This document shows positions 9,413-18,340 of a DNA stretch of 64,000 bases, one piece after another; position 1 is the stretch's first letter; the number at the start of each line of letters is the position of its first letter. The translations under genes and the position numbers were made by a program. Source of the DNA: Candidatus Falkowbacteria bacterium (GTDB taxonomy: Bacteria; Patescibacteriota; Patescibacteriia; Patescibacteriales; UBA12465); assembly GCA_012800315.1 (NCBI GenBank), contig JAAZJO010000006.1, positions 10,172 through 74,171 of the forward strand, written 5' to 3'. Under the pieces are notes generated by a model. That model did no database searches and was not told the DNA's origin. It saw only the letters and a list, made by a program, of their open reading frames with translations.

Positions 9413-11947
9413 TTATTTTTCAATCAAAATAGACCAATATTTATCAGTATTTAATTCATCTACTATTTCCCAACCATTAACCTTATCATATTTTTTCTCG
9501 CTGGCCCAAAAAACTGACCAAGAATCAGGTAAAATTAAACGACTAGAAAATTCACTTGGTTTAGCGCCCGGCTGTTTTTGCACAATTAAACTATAAGGAA
9601 TCAGAGGCTCTTCAGCTGGGTTTAAAAATTTATTTATTTTTTCCAAACGATTATTCAAAGTGGGCTCTGTTAAAAAATTAACTGCCAAACGATATTTAAG
9701 TGTAACCGTCACACTCTCACCCGGATCAACCATTAGCCAGTTGGCAAAAACTGTCTTATTATTTTCCGTATAAATCTTTGTACCACTCGCTTCATCAATT
9801 AGAGCTTTATTTTCATTTTTAACTAATTCATTTTCTTGCCAACTAGGGTCTGGTTTTTCATCAAAATATTCTTCAGCTGGTTTAATAAAACCTTCGGCTA
9901 ACAAAAGTTTACTGCCTTCTGGAACATAAACTCGTAACCAATCAACATTGCGCACTCCAGTTAGCGGTTCATTTTTTATGCCTGTGTGTGTACGTGTAAT
10001 TTTGACTGTATTAATGATTGAGCCATCAGACATTAATTCACTCAGATGCTCTATTTTTTCTACCATTTTTCTATCTGATTTCTGGCCAGCAATATTAGTA
10101 TTAACCACCATTAAATAATCATATTCCGCTTCTTTTATTTCTCCCGCCCAATTATGTTTTACCATTTCTGCTTGGATATTCGGATCATTAAAATAAAATA
10201 AAATCTGTTTCTCCGCCAAGCTGCTTTCAAACATAGCTAAGATATCAATTAAATTGTCTTTAGTTAATTTAGTTGGTAAAACTTCCATAATTCTAGCCAT
10301 CAAATCACCAATAATTTTTTTCGGTTTATTATCACTATTAACTTCTAAACCTTGCTTAAGTGGCAAAGCTGACTCTAAAACCGTGGATGTCGCCGGAATG
10401 CCAACTAAAGCTTCTGTGGCAGTTGGATGATTAATCATGATATTTTTCTGTTCAACAATTTTTTGCACAAGTTCCCAAAAATTATCTGCATCAATAAGCA
10501 AACCATATTCATTAGTCATATCAATCGGACCAGTAATTGCTAATAATCGCTCAACAATCGTCGGCGTTAAAGCAACTACCCCATCCACTGTCGGACCACC
10601 ACTTTTTTCATAAAACCACATCAAATTTTTAGCCGTCGTTGGCCAATCTGGCCACCAATTAGCATCCCAAAAATGCCACGATGGATTGACTAACCATAAT
10701 GGTTCTGGCGCAACTACACGAACTGTCATTCCGCCCTCTGTGTCATAGGAGCCACCACCCGGCACTTCTAAATTACGAACTTTCCCATCACGAATATCTA
10801 CTAAAGCATAGCTCCCTAAAAAACCACCGCTAGCCCGTAATTCAGCGTTATTCTGAAAAACTAATAAATAGCGTTTATCAACGGTAGCCCCAAGAGCCTC
10901 TTTTAATTTCGTAGCCAAGCCAACAAAATTATTCAAATTTTCCCCGAGCGAAATCGCTTGCTCGCTTAGAATTATAAATTTTTCCCGATATTCTTCAGGT
11001 AAATTTTTAACTTTAATTTTTTTTAATTCTTTTTTTAAATTATTAGCGTCCTGGCTGGCTAATGTACCATAATAAATAAACTGATCTAACGAAGCAGAAA
11101 AATTTTCCTGATTATCAGAAAATAAGCTATCAGTTGCTAAAACTAAATTATTCCCCAAAGAAGAAGTAAAGGCGCCCGCCGCCAAAAATTTTTTACTCTC
11201 AGTCGCTAATTTTAATTTCGGATTATCAGAAAGAGAGGCTAAAAATAAAATTGAATCACTAATATTATTTAATTTTTTCTGAGCAGAAATAAAATCTTGA
11301 CCAGCGCTTTGAAAATCAGAAGCCGACAACTTAAAATCCATCTGCCCAGCAGCTTCAACCGCCGCCATTAAATTATTCAGAGCTGATTTAGAGCGATTAA
11401 TAATTTGAGTTTCTAATTTATTAACATTAAAAATATCAAAATGAGATAAAATTTTAAATGGCACAATAAGCAAAATTAAAGCAAGACTAAAAGAAAGAAT
11501 GGAACGATACCAAGCAACCTTTGCTTCCGCTGCCTTTAATCTCTGTCGCTGCGCATTTCGCTTTTTAAGAGAATTAATATTTATTTTCGCCACTCCCTCA
11601 AATAATCTTGATTTTTCCTTTAAAAATTTATCCCAAAAACTAGTCTTCGGAGAAAACCATTTTTTTCTTGGAGATCTAAATTTAAAATTAAAACCCCTAA
11701 AATTAAAACTTGGAAAAATTATCCCTCTCTTTTTTTTCAATAAATTTGGTTGTAGTTTTTTAACTCTTTTAATTTTTTTTCTAAAAAATCGCTTAGCCTT
11801 TTTTTTAGCATCCGTTAACTCATCAGCAATTATTTCCTGACCTTGCTTTGTTTCTTCTTTTATTTTCTGCCTTAAATCAACCACAAAGCCGGAAACCTGG
11901 TTTCCGAAACCGCCTTTATGATTAAATTTTATTTTCCTATTAGCCAT
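9413..11947 (-). CDS. DUF4012-like large membrane-anchored envelope protein
   Basis: Basic N-terminus plus one TM helix. The central motif FQNNAELRASGGFLGSYALVDIRDGKV is what I recall as the DUF4012 signature. Its start overlaps the upstream GT4 gene by 8 nt. Confidence 0.65.
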   Translation of the reverse strand: MANRKIKFNHKGGFGNQVSGFVVDLRQKIKEETKQGQEIIADELTDAKKKAKRFFRKKIKRVKKLQPNLLKKKRGIIFPSFNFRGFNFKFRSPRKKWFSPKTSFWDKFLKEKSRLFEGVAKININSLKKRNAQRQRLKAAEAKVAWYRSILSFSLALILLIVPFKILSHFDIFNVNKLETQIINRSKSALNNLMAAVEAAGQMDFKLSASDFQSAGQDFISAQKKLNNISDSILFLASLSDNPKLKLATESKKFLAAGAFTSSLGNNLVLATDSLFSDNQENFSASLDQFIYYGTLASQDANNLKKELKKIKVKNLPEEYREKFIILSEQAISLGENLNNFVGLATKLKEALGATVDKRYLLVFQNNAELRASGGFLGSYALVDIRDGKVRNLEVPGGGSYDTEGGMTVRVVAPEPLWLVNPSWHFWDANWWPDWPTTAKNLMWFYEKSGGPTVDGVVALTPTIVERLLAITGPIDMTNEYGLLIDADNFWELVQKIVEQKNIMINHPTATEALVGIPATSTVLESALPLKQGLEVNSDNKPKKIIGDLMARIMEVLPTKLTKDNLIDILAMFESSLAEKQILFYFNDPNIQAEMVKHNWAGEIKEAEYDYLMVVNTNIAGQKSDRKMVEKIEHLSELMSDGSIINTVKITRTHTGIKNEPLTGVRNVDWLRVYVPEGSKLLLAEGFIKPAEEYFDEKPDPSWQENELVKNENKALIDEASGTKIYTENNKTVFANWLMVDPGESVTVTLKYRLAVNFLTEPTLNNRLEKINKFLNPAEEPLIPYSLIVQKQPGAKPSEFSSRLILPDSWSVFWASEKKYDKVNGWEIVDELNTDKYWSILIEK

Positions 11948-13118
11948 TTAAAATTTGTTTATAAACATTTAAAGTTTCATTGGCACATTCCCACCAACTA
12001 AACTTTTTTACTCGTTCTAAACCTTTATTAATTAAAGATTGACGAAGCTCCTGGTCATCTAATAATCGTCCAATTTTTTCAACCATCTCATTTTTATCTT
12101 CTGGATTAAAATAAAGCGCCGCCTCACCTAATATTTCTGGTAGAGAAGCCCGATCAGAGCTAGCCACTGGACATTGTCTAGCCATCGCTTCTAATGGCGG
12201 CAAACCAAAACCTTCATACAAAGAAGGAAAAACATAAACCCTAGCCTCTTGATAAAAAATCTCTAACTGAGCATCAGAAACATAACCAGGAAAAATGACT
12301 GGGCTATTAATATTTCCCTGCTGCCAAATATTTAAAGCCCTGGCCTTATCTTGCACCCGATTATAGAAAAAATCTTCTTTGCCCACTAAAACCAAACGCA
12401 AATCTGGATACTTGAGGCGTAAATCCGCAAAAACTTCCAGCAACATCTCTAAGTTTTTATGCGGATAAGCATTACCCACATATAATAAAAAATTTTTCGG
12501 AATATGAAACTGATCTAAAATTTCCTGATTATCCAATTTCGCCACAAATAAAGAGTCACGTCCTTTAGCTAAGTTCGCTACCCCCTCATAAGTAACCACT
12601 ATTTTTTCCTCTTTCACCCCAAATTGTTTAACAATATCTTGTTTAGTAAATTCTGAAACTGTAATTATTTTCTTAGCTCGCTTCACAGCCCTTGAAATAA
12701 CTAGACGATAAGCAAAGTTTTTAAAACGATAAACAATTGGATTGAGAGTAGTCGCCCGACGAGTTGGAAAATGAGTTAAAATCAAATCGTGAATAGTCAC
12801 TACAAACTTATTAAAAACAAATATCGGCACATTAAAATGTGGGAAGTGCATCAAATCTATTTTTTCGCGCCAAAGATAAAAAGGCATTAATAACTGTTCT
12901 TGCCAAGTATACCATCTAATATTTAAACAAACTTTCTTAACATTCGCTTGCGTGCAGACAAATTCATCAAAATTATCTGGACTCAGAAAAATAACAAAAT
13001 CAAAACTAGCACCAGTGGCGCTAATTATTTTTATAATATTATCAACTATTTCTTGAGTGTATCGCCCCAGTCCTTTACCAATCGGACCATAAAAACGAGC
13101 ATCAATGCCTATGCGCAT
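11940..13118 (-). CDS. Glycosyltransferase family 4 (GT-B, GT1/GT4 type)
   Basis: MRIGIDAR... start and the C-terminal EGFGLPPLEAMA motif. Confidence 0.85.
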   Translation of the reverse strand: MRIGIDARFYGPIGKGLGRYTQEIVDNIIKIISATGASFDFVIFLSPDNFDEFVCTQANVKKVCLNIRWYTWQEQLLMPFYLWREKIDLMHFPHFNVPIFVFNKFVVTIHDLILTHFPTRRATTLNPIVYRFKNFAYRLVISRAVKRAKKIITVSEFTKQDIVKQFGVKEEKIVVTYEGVANLAKGRDSLFVAKLDNQEILDQFHIPKNFLLYVGNAYPHKNLEMLLEVFADLRLKYPDLRLVLVGKEDFFYNRVQDKARALNIWQQGNINSPVIFPGYVSDAQLEIFYQEARVYVFPSLYEGFGLPPLEAMARQCPVASSDRASLPEILGEAALYFNPEDKNEMVEKIGRLLDDQELRQSLINKGLERVKKFSWWECANETLNVYKQILNG

Positions 13119-13132
13119 AATTTATACTTAAA

Positions 13133-14563
13133 TTAAACAAAGGGTAAATTCTCCGGTGGTGGTGGTCCCGAAGATTCAAAATCATTATTCAATAAATCTT
13201 TTTCTTTATTTTCTGAGCCCTCACTCAAACCAGTAAAAATATCCACTGGCAAGGGCATTTCTTCTTCAATAATTGGCAAAGACGATGGCGCATCTGCTTT
13301 ACGGCCCGGTGCCTTCTGGATCAAAGGAGACTTCACATTAGCTTCAATTGGAAAATGCCAAAGAGTCGCTAACTCTTCTATGTTTAATAAATACAACTCT
13401 CGGCCATCGGTTGAGCGATTAATATAGTTATGAAAAAGATTACGCTTCTTTCTTATTAAACGCGGCTTTTTTCTAAAATAAACCGCTTTAGTCATGGTCA
13501 CCTTAACATCAGGTTTAAAACTATTCATCCCCAAAGCACCAAATTGCTTAATATAACCAACAAAACCATTAAAGACCTTAGCTTTATCCATCACTTCTTT
13601 CCGCGCTACATAAACTACTCTTAATTTAGCGTTAAACCCGAGCTTAGTCGCTTTCCGATATATTCCCTCCACTTGCTCTTTTTCTTTAGGTGATAAATCA
13701 AGCATAGTTTTAGCCTTTTCTTCTTTTTTATCACCGCTAATATCACCCCAAATTGGATAAATAATTTCACTAGCCTCACCCAGCGCCTCTACTCCCTTCA
13801 TTGCCAAACTCTTTTTTGCTTTTTTCTTGCGGCCCATGATCTTATCAACCGCTTGCATAGCCTCTTTTACCCAATCAAAACCAGTTGGCTCAATTATTAT
13901 TTGCATCCATAACTGCTCACCTGAGCGTAAAGAGCTACATAAATCCATTAAAGAAGCCATTGGGTCTTTAAATTGAGTTTCACTTGGACCCATCGGATGT
14001 TCAAAATCTGGATAAGTTCTTATTGGTAAATACCAAGAATCTTGCAAAATAAACTCTGACCCAAAAACATCCCACTCATCATCTGGATATTTTTGCGGCA
14101 CATTCTGAGTATAGTCATCAACTTCAGAAATTTCCGCATCTGGATATTGTGAATAAACAGATGACTCTACTAAATTACGAAATTCAACTGGCGTTCTAAT
14201 TAAAAATTGCGTATAACCCTCAAGGCTAACTATTTCATAACTAAAAGTTTTTTGATATTCTCCAGCAAACCATTTTTCATAAAAATTCTGACTACCATGA
14301 GCGCCGCCTAAATAAGTAAACATGTTCTCTACCGCTTTTGGTGATTGCTCATTACCTCTGGGAATATCAATGGCTAACAAAACAAACTTATGCCCCTGAG
14401 ACCACTTAGTTCTAATATAATTTAGCCAAACTAATAGAGCGCCATAAATAAAAATAATACCAAAAAACACCCAAGCAAAATTAGCCAAGAAAGACCAAAG
14501 CATTTGCTCGGGAGGTAAATTAAAAAAATGTTCAAAAACAGCCAAATTGACAACTATATCCAT
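13133..14563 (-). CDS. Conserved-looking hypothetical membrane protein (2 N-terminal TM helices plus a large soluble domain, Pro-rich tail)
   Basis: 476-aa ORF containing LLAIDIPRGNEQSPKAVENMFTYLGG, FSYEIVSLEGYTQFLIRTP...YSQYPDAEI and EELATLWHFP. There is no P-loop and I could not assign a family with confidence. Confidence 0.65.
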   Translation of the reverse strand: MDIVVNLAVFEHFFNLPPEQMLWSFLANFAWVFFGIIFIYGALLVWLNYIRTKWSQGHKFVLLAIDIPRGNEQSPKAVENMFTYLGGAHGSQNFYEKWFAGEYQKTFSYEIVSLEGYTQFLIRTPVEFRNLVESSVYSQYPDAEISEVDDYTQNVPQKYPDDEWDVFGSEFILQDSWYLPIRTYPDFEHPMGPSETQFKDPMASLMDLCSSLRSGEQLWMQIIIEPTGFDWVKEAMQAVDKIMGRKKKAKKSLAMKGVEALGEASEIIYPIWGDISGDKKEEKAKTMLDLSPKEKEQVEGIYRKATKLGFNAKLRVVYVARKEVMDKAKVFNGFVGYIKQFGALGMNSFKPDVKVTMTKAVYFRKKPRLIRKKRNLFHNYINRSTDGRELYLLNIEELATLWHFPIEANVKSPLIQKAPGRKADAPSSLPIIEEEMPLPVDIFTGLSEGSENKEKDLLNNDFESSGPPPPENLPFV

Positions 14564-14607
14564 ACCTCCGTAATTATTTTAATATTTGTATTTTAACATA
14601 TTTTTAA

Positions 14608-14646
14608 AAGAAAAACAAAAAAATCCGACCGTTCCCGATCGGATTT
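14608..14646 (-). terminator. Rho-independent terminator after the 14678..15718 gene
   Basis: Minus strand: ATCCGATCG-GGAA-CGGTCGGAT, a 9-bp stem including one G-U pair, followed by TTTTTTTGTTTTT. Confidence 0.65.
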
Positions 14647-14677
14647 ATACTAAAATTATTTTACTCATTCTTTAAAG

Positions 14678-15718
14678 TTATTTTTCCCATTCTTTAAGAC
14701 CATAAGTGCCACGGCTAACTAAGACATAACGATCATCAAGAATAAGCTCATTATGCACAGTAGCCGGATTAGCCTTCTTCTTATCAAACTTCATTTCATT
14801 TATTTTAGAAGCAATTTCCTTAAAATGAAGGGGTTTAGTTTCATGTTTTAAAACTAAATAAATCTTATCATTAACAGTTTTAGGCTTAATTTCCTGAGAA
14901 TTAGCTTTCCCCCATTCTCCATATTTATTTTGCCCCAAACTCTTTACAACCTGAATCAAGGAATACAAAACCTTATTACTATTAATAGTTTCTGCCTTGT
15001 CAGGGAAAGTCTTGCTCTTAAAAATCGGATAAATATCTATTTGCTTAGTTGAATCAAGTCTCTCTTGATATTTATTATAAACATCTAATTGTTTTAATAA
15101 CCCAATTAATTCTTCGGTCGTATAAGTTTTCTTTAAAGATTCAACATTTTTTAATAAATCTTCAGCTAATTCCTTTAAATAACTAACTTCTCCATCTTTT
15201 AACTTAACTGAAAGATTAAACTGATTATTACCACCAACCACCTCTAGTTTATCGCCCATTAATCTAGAAATTAAGAAGCTAAAGTGATTACGATAGGCAA
15301 TCTTCTTTTTCTCATAATCAGCCTCGCTGATATTATCATTCTTATTAAATTCTAAAGCTAAAACTACCAAAATATCTAATAAAAAATCTCGGCTGATTAA
15401 GCCACCGTGTCCATTAATTAGCTCCTTAACAATTTCTTCTAAAACTTGAATATAATCCTGTAAATTGTTTAATCTCTTTATTTTTTTAATACTAGCCGCC
15501 TCAATCTGACGAACTCGTTCTCTGGTTAATTTATGCATACTACCAATTTTCTCTAAAGTTTCACCTTTATCACCAGCTAAACCAAAGCGACGATATAAAA
15601 TATCTTTTTCGCGATCTAATAATTCCGAAAACAAAGAATCAACAATTTTAATAGCATCAAGACGAGCTAATTCCTCAGATTTCCTGTTAGTTATTATTCT
15701 TTCTAATAAATTTGCCAT
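14678..15718 (-). CDS. Sigma-70 region-4-like HTH protein with a C-terminal HARE-HTH-like domain
   Basis: N-terminal ILYRRFGL...ETLEKIGSMHKLTRERVRQIEAASIKKIK is a region 4 HTH with no region 2. C-terminal KPLHFKEIASKI...VHNELILDDRYVLVSRGTYGLKEW resembles HARE-HTH, as in the RpoE/delta N-terminus. Confidence 0.6.
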   Translation of the reverse strand: MANLLERIITNRKSEELARLDAIKIVDSLFSELLDREKDILYRRFGLAGDKGETLEKIGSMHKLTRERVRQIEAASIKKIKRLNNLQDYIQVLEEIVKELINGHGGLISRDFLLDILVVLALEFNKNDNISEADYEKKKIAYRNHFSFLISRLMGDKLEVVGGNNQFNLSVKLKDGEVSYLKELAEDLLKNVESLKKTYTTEELIGLLKQLDVYNKYQERLDSTKQIDIYPIFKSKTFPDKAETINSNKVLYSLIQVVKSLGQNKYGEWGKANSQEIKPKTVNDKIYLVLKHETKPLHFKEIASKINEMKFDKKKANPATVHNELILDDRYVLVSRGTYGLKEWEK

Positions 15719-15776
15719 AAAAAAAAGACTTATAATTCTAAAGATAAGCCCAGATTATCACATTATTTTATATTAG

Positions 15777-16736
15777 TCAAGACCTCTTAGTAGACGAACA
15801 AATATTCTTGTACTCTTTTAAAAGATATTGTTCTAATATGAGAGAAAAAACACCCATAGCCAAAACTCTCAAAATAATAATAGCTTGACTGAATAAATTC
15901 TGTTTTGTCCAGTGTTTGATAAATATTAAATGCTGATTCCTAAATGACCAGGAGCGTATTTGACGACTTTTTTTTGAACGATTAAAAATCTTTCTCAACA
16001 AACCCCTACCAGCCGAAGAAGCCGTGCGGTCATGATACATGATGGCGCTTGGCACTAAAGCTGATTTAAAACCAGCTAAAAATAGACGATAAGCTAAATC
16101 ACAATCTTCTTTATACATAAAAAACTGCTCGTCAAAATACTGGTTATTTTCTTTTATTTTTTCTAAGGCGCTTAAACGAAAAATCCCCGCCGCTCCAGAT
16201 GGGCCAAAAATCTTAAAAAAATCAAACCTTTTGTCATCTTTTTCCCCCTGCCCTAAATCATAAAAACGCAAACCCGGTTTCACGATCAAACCGCAAGTAT
16301 CAAGCACGCGTGTTTTTGTGTTAGCCGCAAAATCCCAACAACGAATTTTTGGGCTAGCAGACGCTAAGTCATTATTTTTATCTAAAGCTAAAACTAATTC
16401 GGAAATAGTGTTTTTTTCTAATAAGGTATCTGGATTAACCATGAAAAAATATTCCGCACCCAAACGAGTAGCTGAATGAAGCAAAATATTATAAGCACGA
16501 CTAAAACCAAGATTACTATCAGCCGAAATATATTCTAAAAACCCATTATTCTGTTCATTAAATAACTCTAAAATTTCTTTATTGCGGTGATTGCCCTGAT
16601 CACTGTTATCAAAAACCAAAACCTGATATTCCTGAGATTCTAAAAAACCGAGCGCCTCTTTCAGACTCGGCAAAAAATCCGCTAAATATTTAGCGCTGGT
16701 ATCATTATAAGTTAGGAATCCAACCGCTAACTTCAT
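15777..16736 (-). CDS. Glycosyltransferase family 2
   Basis: GT-A fold features: VGFLTYND, FDNSD, FSRAYN and a YKEDCDL (ED) motif. There is a 4-nt overlap with upstream rmlA. It ends in a TGA stop. Confidence 0.8.
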   Translation of the reverse strand: MKLAVGFLTYNDTSAKYLADFLPSLKEALGFLESQEYQVLVFDNSDQGNHRNKEILELFNEQNNGFLEYISADSNLGFSRAYNILLHSATRLGAEYFFMVNPDTLLEKNTISELVLALDKNNDLASASPKIRCWDFAANTKTRVLDTCGLIVKPGLRFYDLGQGEKDDKRFDFFKIFGPSGAAGIFRLSALEKIKENNQYFDEQFFMYKEDCDLAYRLFLAGFKSALVPSAIMYHDRTASSAGRGLLRKIFNRSKKSRQIRSWSFRNQHLIFIKHWTKQNLFSQAIIILRVLAMGVFSLILEQYLLKEYKNICSSTKRS

Positions 16737-17458
16737 ATAATCATTTTATCAACCATTTTTTCTTTCGCAAAGTTTTGGGCTTCAAGCAGACTGTCAAAAG
16801 TGCCCGCATCTAGCCACTCGCCCTTAACTTCAGCGACCTCTAGCTCGCCTCTCTCTAAAAACCAATTATTAACATCTGTTATTTCCAACTCACCCCGTGG
16901 ACTCGCTTTTATAGTTTTAGCTACTTCAACCACCCGATGATCATAAACGTACAAACCTGTAACCGCATAATTACTTAGATATTCTTCTGGCTTCTCTACA
17001 ATCTTTTCTGCTTTCATCTGTTCATTAAATTTAACTACACCAAATCTCTCTGGATCGGGAACTTTCTTAGCAAAAACTTTCGCCCCTCCTTGAAAATTTT
17101 TAATCTCTTCCGAAAAATCATCCTCAAAAATATTGTCCCCCAAAATCATCACAACATCATCTTCATCAATAAAATTTTCACCGATTATAAAAGCTTGCGC
17201 TAAACCCTCTGGTTTATCTTGAATTTCGTATGTCAACTTAACTCCAAATTCTTTACCAGAACCAAGAAGATTTAAATAGTCACCAGCTCTTTCTGGAGCC
17301 ACAATAATTAATATTTCCTTAATCCCAGCCTTGATTAAAGTATTTAGCGGATAATAAATCATTGGCCGATGATAAACTGGTAATAATTGTTTACTGGTGA
17401 TTTTTGTTAAAGGGCGCAAACGCGTCCCTGAACCACCGGATAAAATTATTCCTTTCAT
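16733..17458 (-). CDS. rfbA: Glucose-1-phosphate thymidylyltransferase, short form (sugar nucleotidyltransferase)
   Basis: MKGIILSGGSGTRLRPLT...KQLLPV N-terminus. It is adjacent to rmlD. Confidence 0.8.
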   Translation of the reverse strand: MKGIILSGGSGTRLRPLTKITSKQLLPVYHRPMIYYPLNTLIKAGIKEILIIVAPERAGDYLNLLGSGKEFGVKLTYEIQDKPEGLAQAFIIGENFIDEDDVVMILGDNIFEDDFSEEIKNFQGGAKVFAKKVPDPERFGVVKFNEQMKAEKIVEKPEEYLSNYAVTGLYVYDHRVVEVAKTIKASPRGELEITDVNNWFLERGELEVAEVKGEWLDAGTFDSLLEAQNFAKEKMVDKMII

Positions 17459-17462
17459 ATTT

Positions 17463-18320
17463 TTATTTACTTATATATTCTTTTAAGGCGTCCTGCCAAT
17501 GGCGTAATTTTTTAACTTTCAAATTTTTCAAAACAGAAAATTTCGGCCGACGCGCTGCTCGCAAAAGATTTTCACTTCTAACTGCCTTAATATCAACTTC
17601 AATATTTTTTAAAGCAAACAAGGCTTCAGCCCCATCAAACCAAGTACAAGCTCCTTCATTAACTAAATGATAAATACCAAACGGAGTTTCTAATTCCCAC
17701 AATCTTTTAGTAGCTAAAGCTAAATCAAGAGTATAGGTAAAGCAACTTAATTCTTCATTAACCACAGTTAATTCCTTCTTATCTTGCGCTAAAGAAGACA
17801 TAATATCAAAAAAACTCGGCTTAGCTACTGGACTAGATCCTTTTGGTCCAAACAATTTTGAAGTTCTAATTAAATAAAAATTCAAACCTTGCTCGGCTCT
17901 TTTTAAAATTTCTCGCTCACCAGCAAACTTACTCTCACCATATTTATTTATTGGATTAGGTGTATCTTCTTCAGTAAACTCTTTCTTCTCTGCTGTGCCA
18001 CTAAAAACATAATCAGTAGAATAATGAATAAGAGTGATCTGACGTTCTAAAGCAATCTCAGCCAAAACTGCTGGCAACTCCGCATTTAATTTTAAAGCTA
18101 ATTCAAATTCCTCTTTGTCCTCACATTTATCAACGGCATTATAAGCAACTGTATTAATAATTAAATTAGGGGCTAGTTCAGTAATTTTCTCATTTAGTAA
18201 AGAAAAATCTAAAACATCAAGATCGGCGCGATCCCAGGCAATTGTTTCAAAATCAGCCGCAAAAACCTTAACTAATTGTGTACCTAAGTTTCCTTGCCCG
18301 CCTAAAATTAATATTTTCAT
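17463..18320 (-). CDS. rfbD: dTDP-4-dehydrorhamnose reductase
   Basis: MKILILGGQGNLG Rossmann start, YSTDYVF motif, and about 285 aa, typical of RmlD. Confidence 0.85.
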   Translation of the reverse strand: MKILILGGQGNLGTQLVKVFAADFETIAWDRADLDVLDFSLLNEKITELAPNLIINTVAYNAVDKCEDKEEFELALKLNAELPAVLAEIALERQITLIHYSTDYVFSGTAEKKEFTEEDTPNPINKYGESKFAGEREILKRAEQGLNFYLIRTSKLFGPKGSSPVAKPSFFDIMSSLAQDKKELTVVNEELSCFTYTLDLALATKRLWELETPFGIYHLVNEGACTWFDGAEALFALKNIEVDIKAVRSENLLRAARRPKFSVLKNLKVKKLRHWQDALKEYISK

Positions 18321-18340
18321 ATTCTTTACTTAATATTTTA

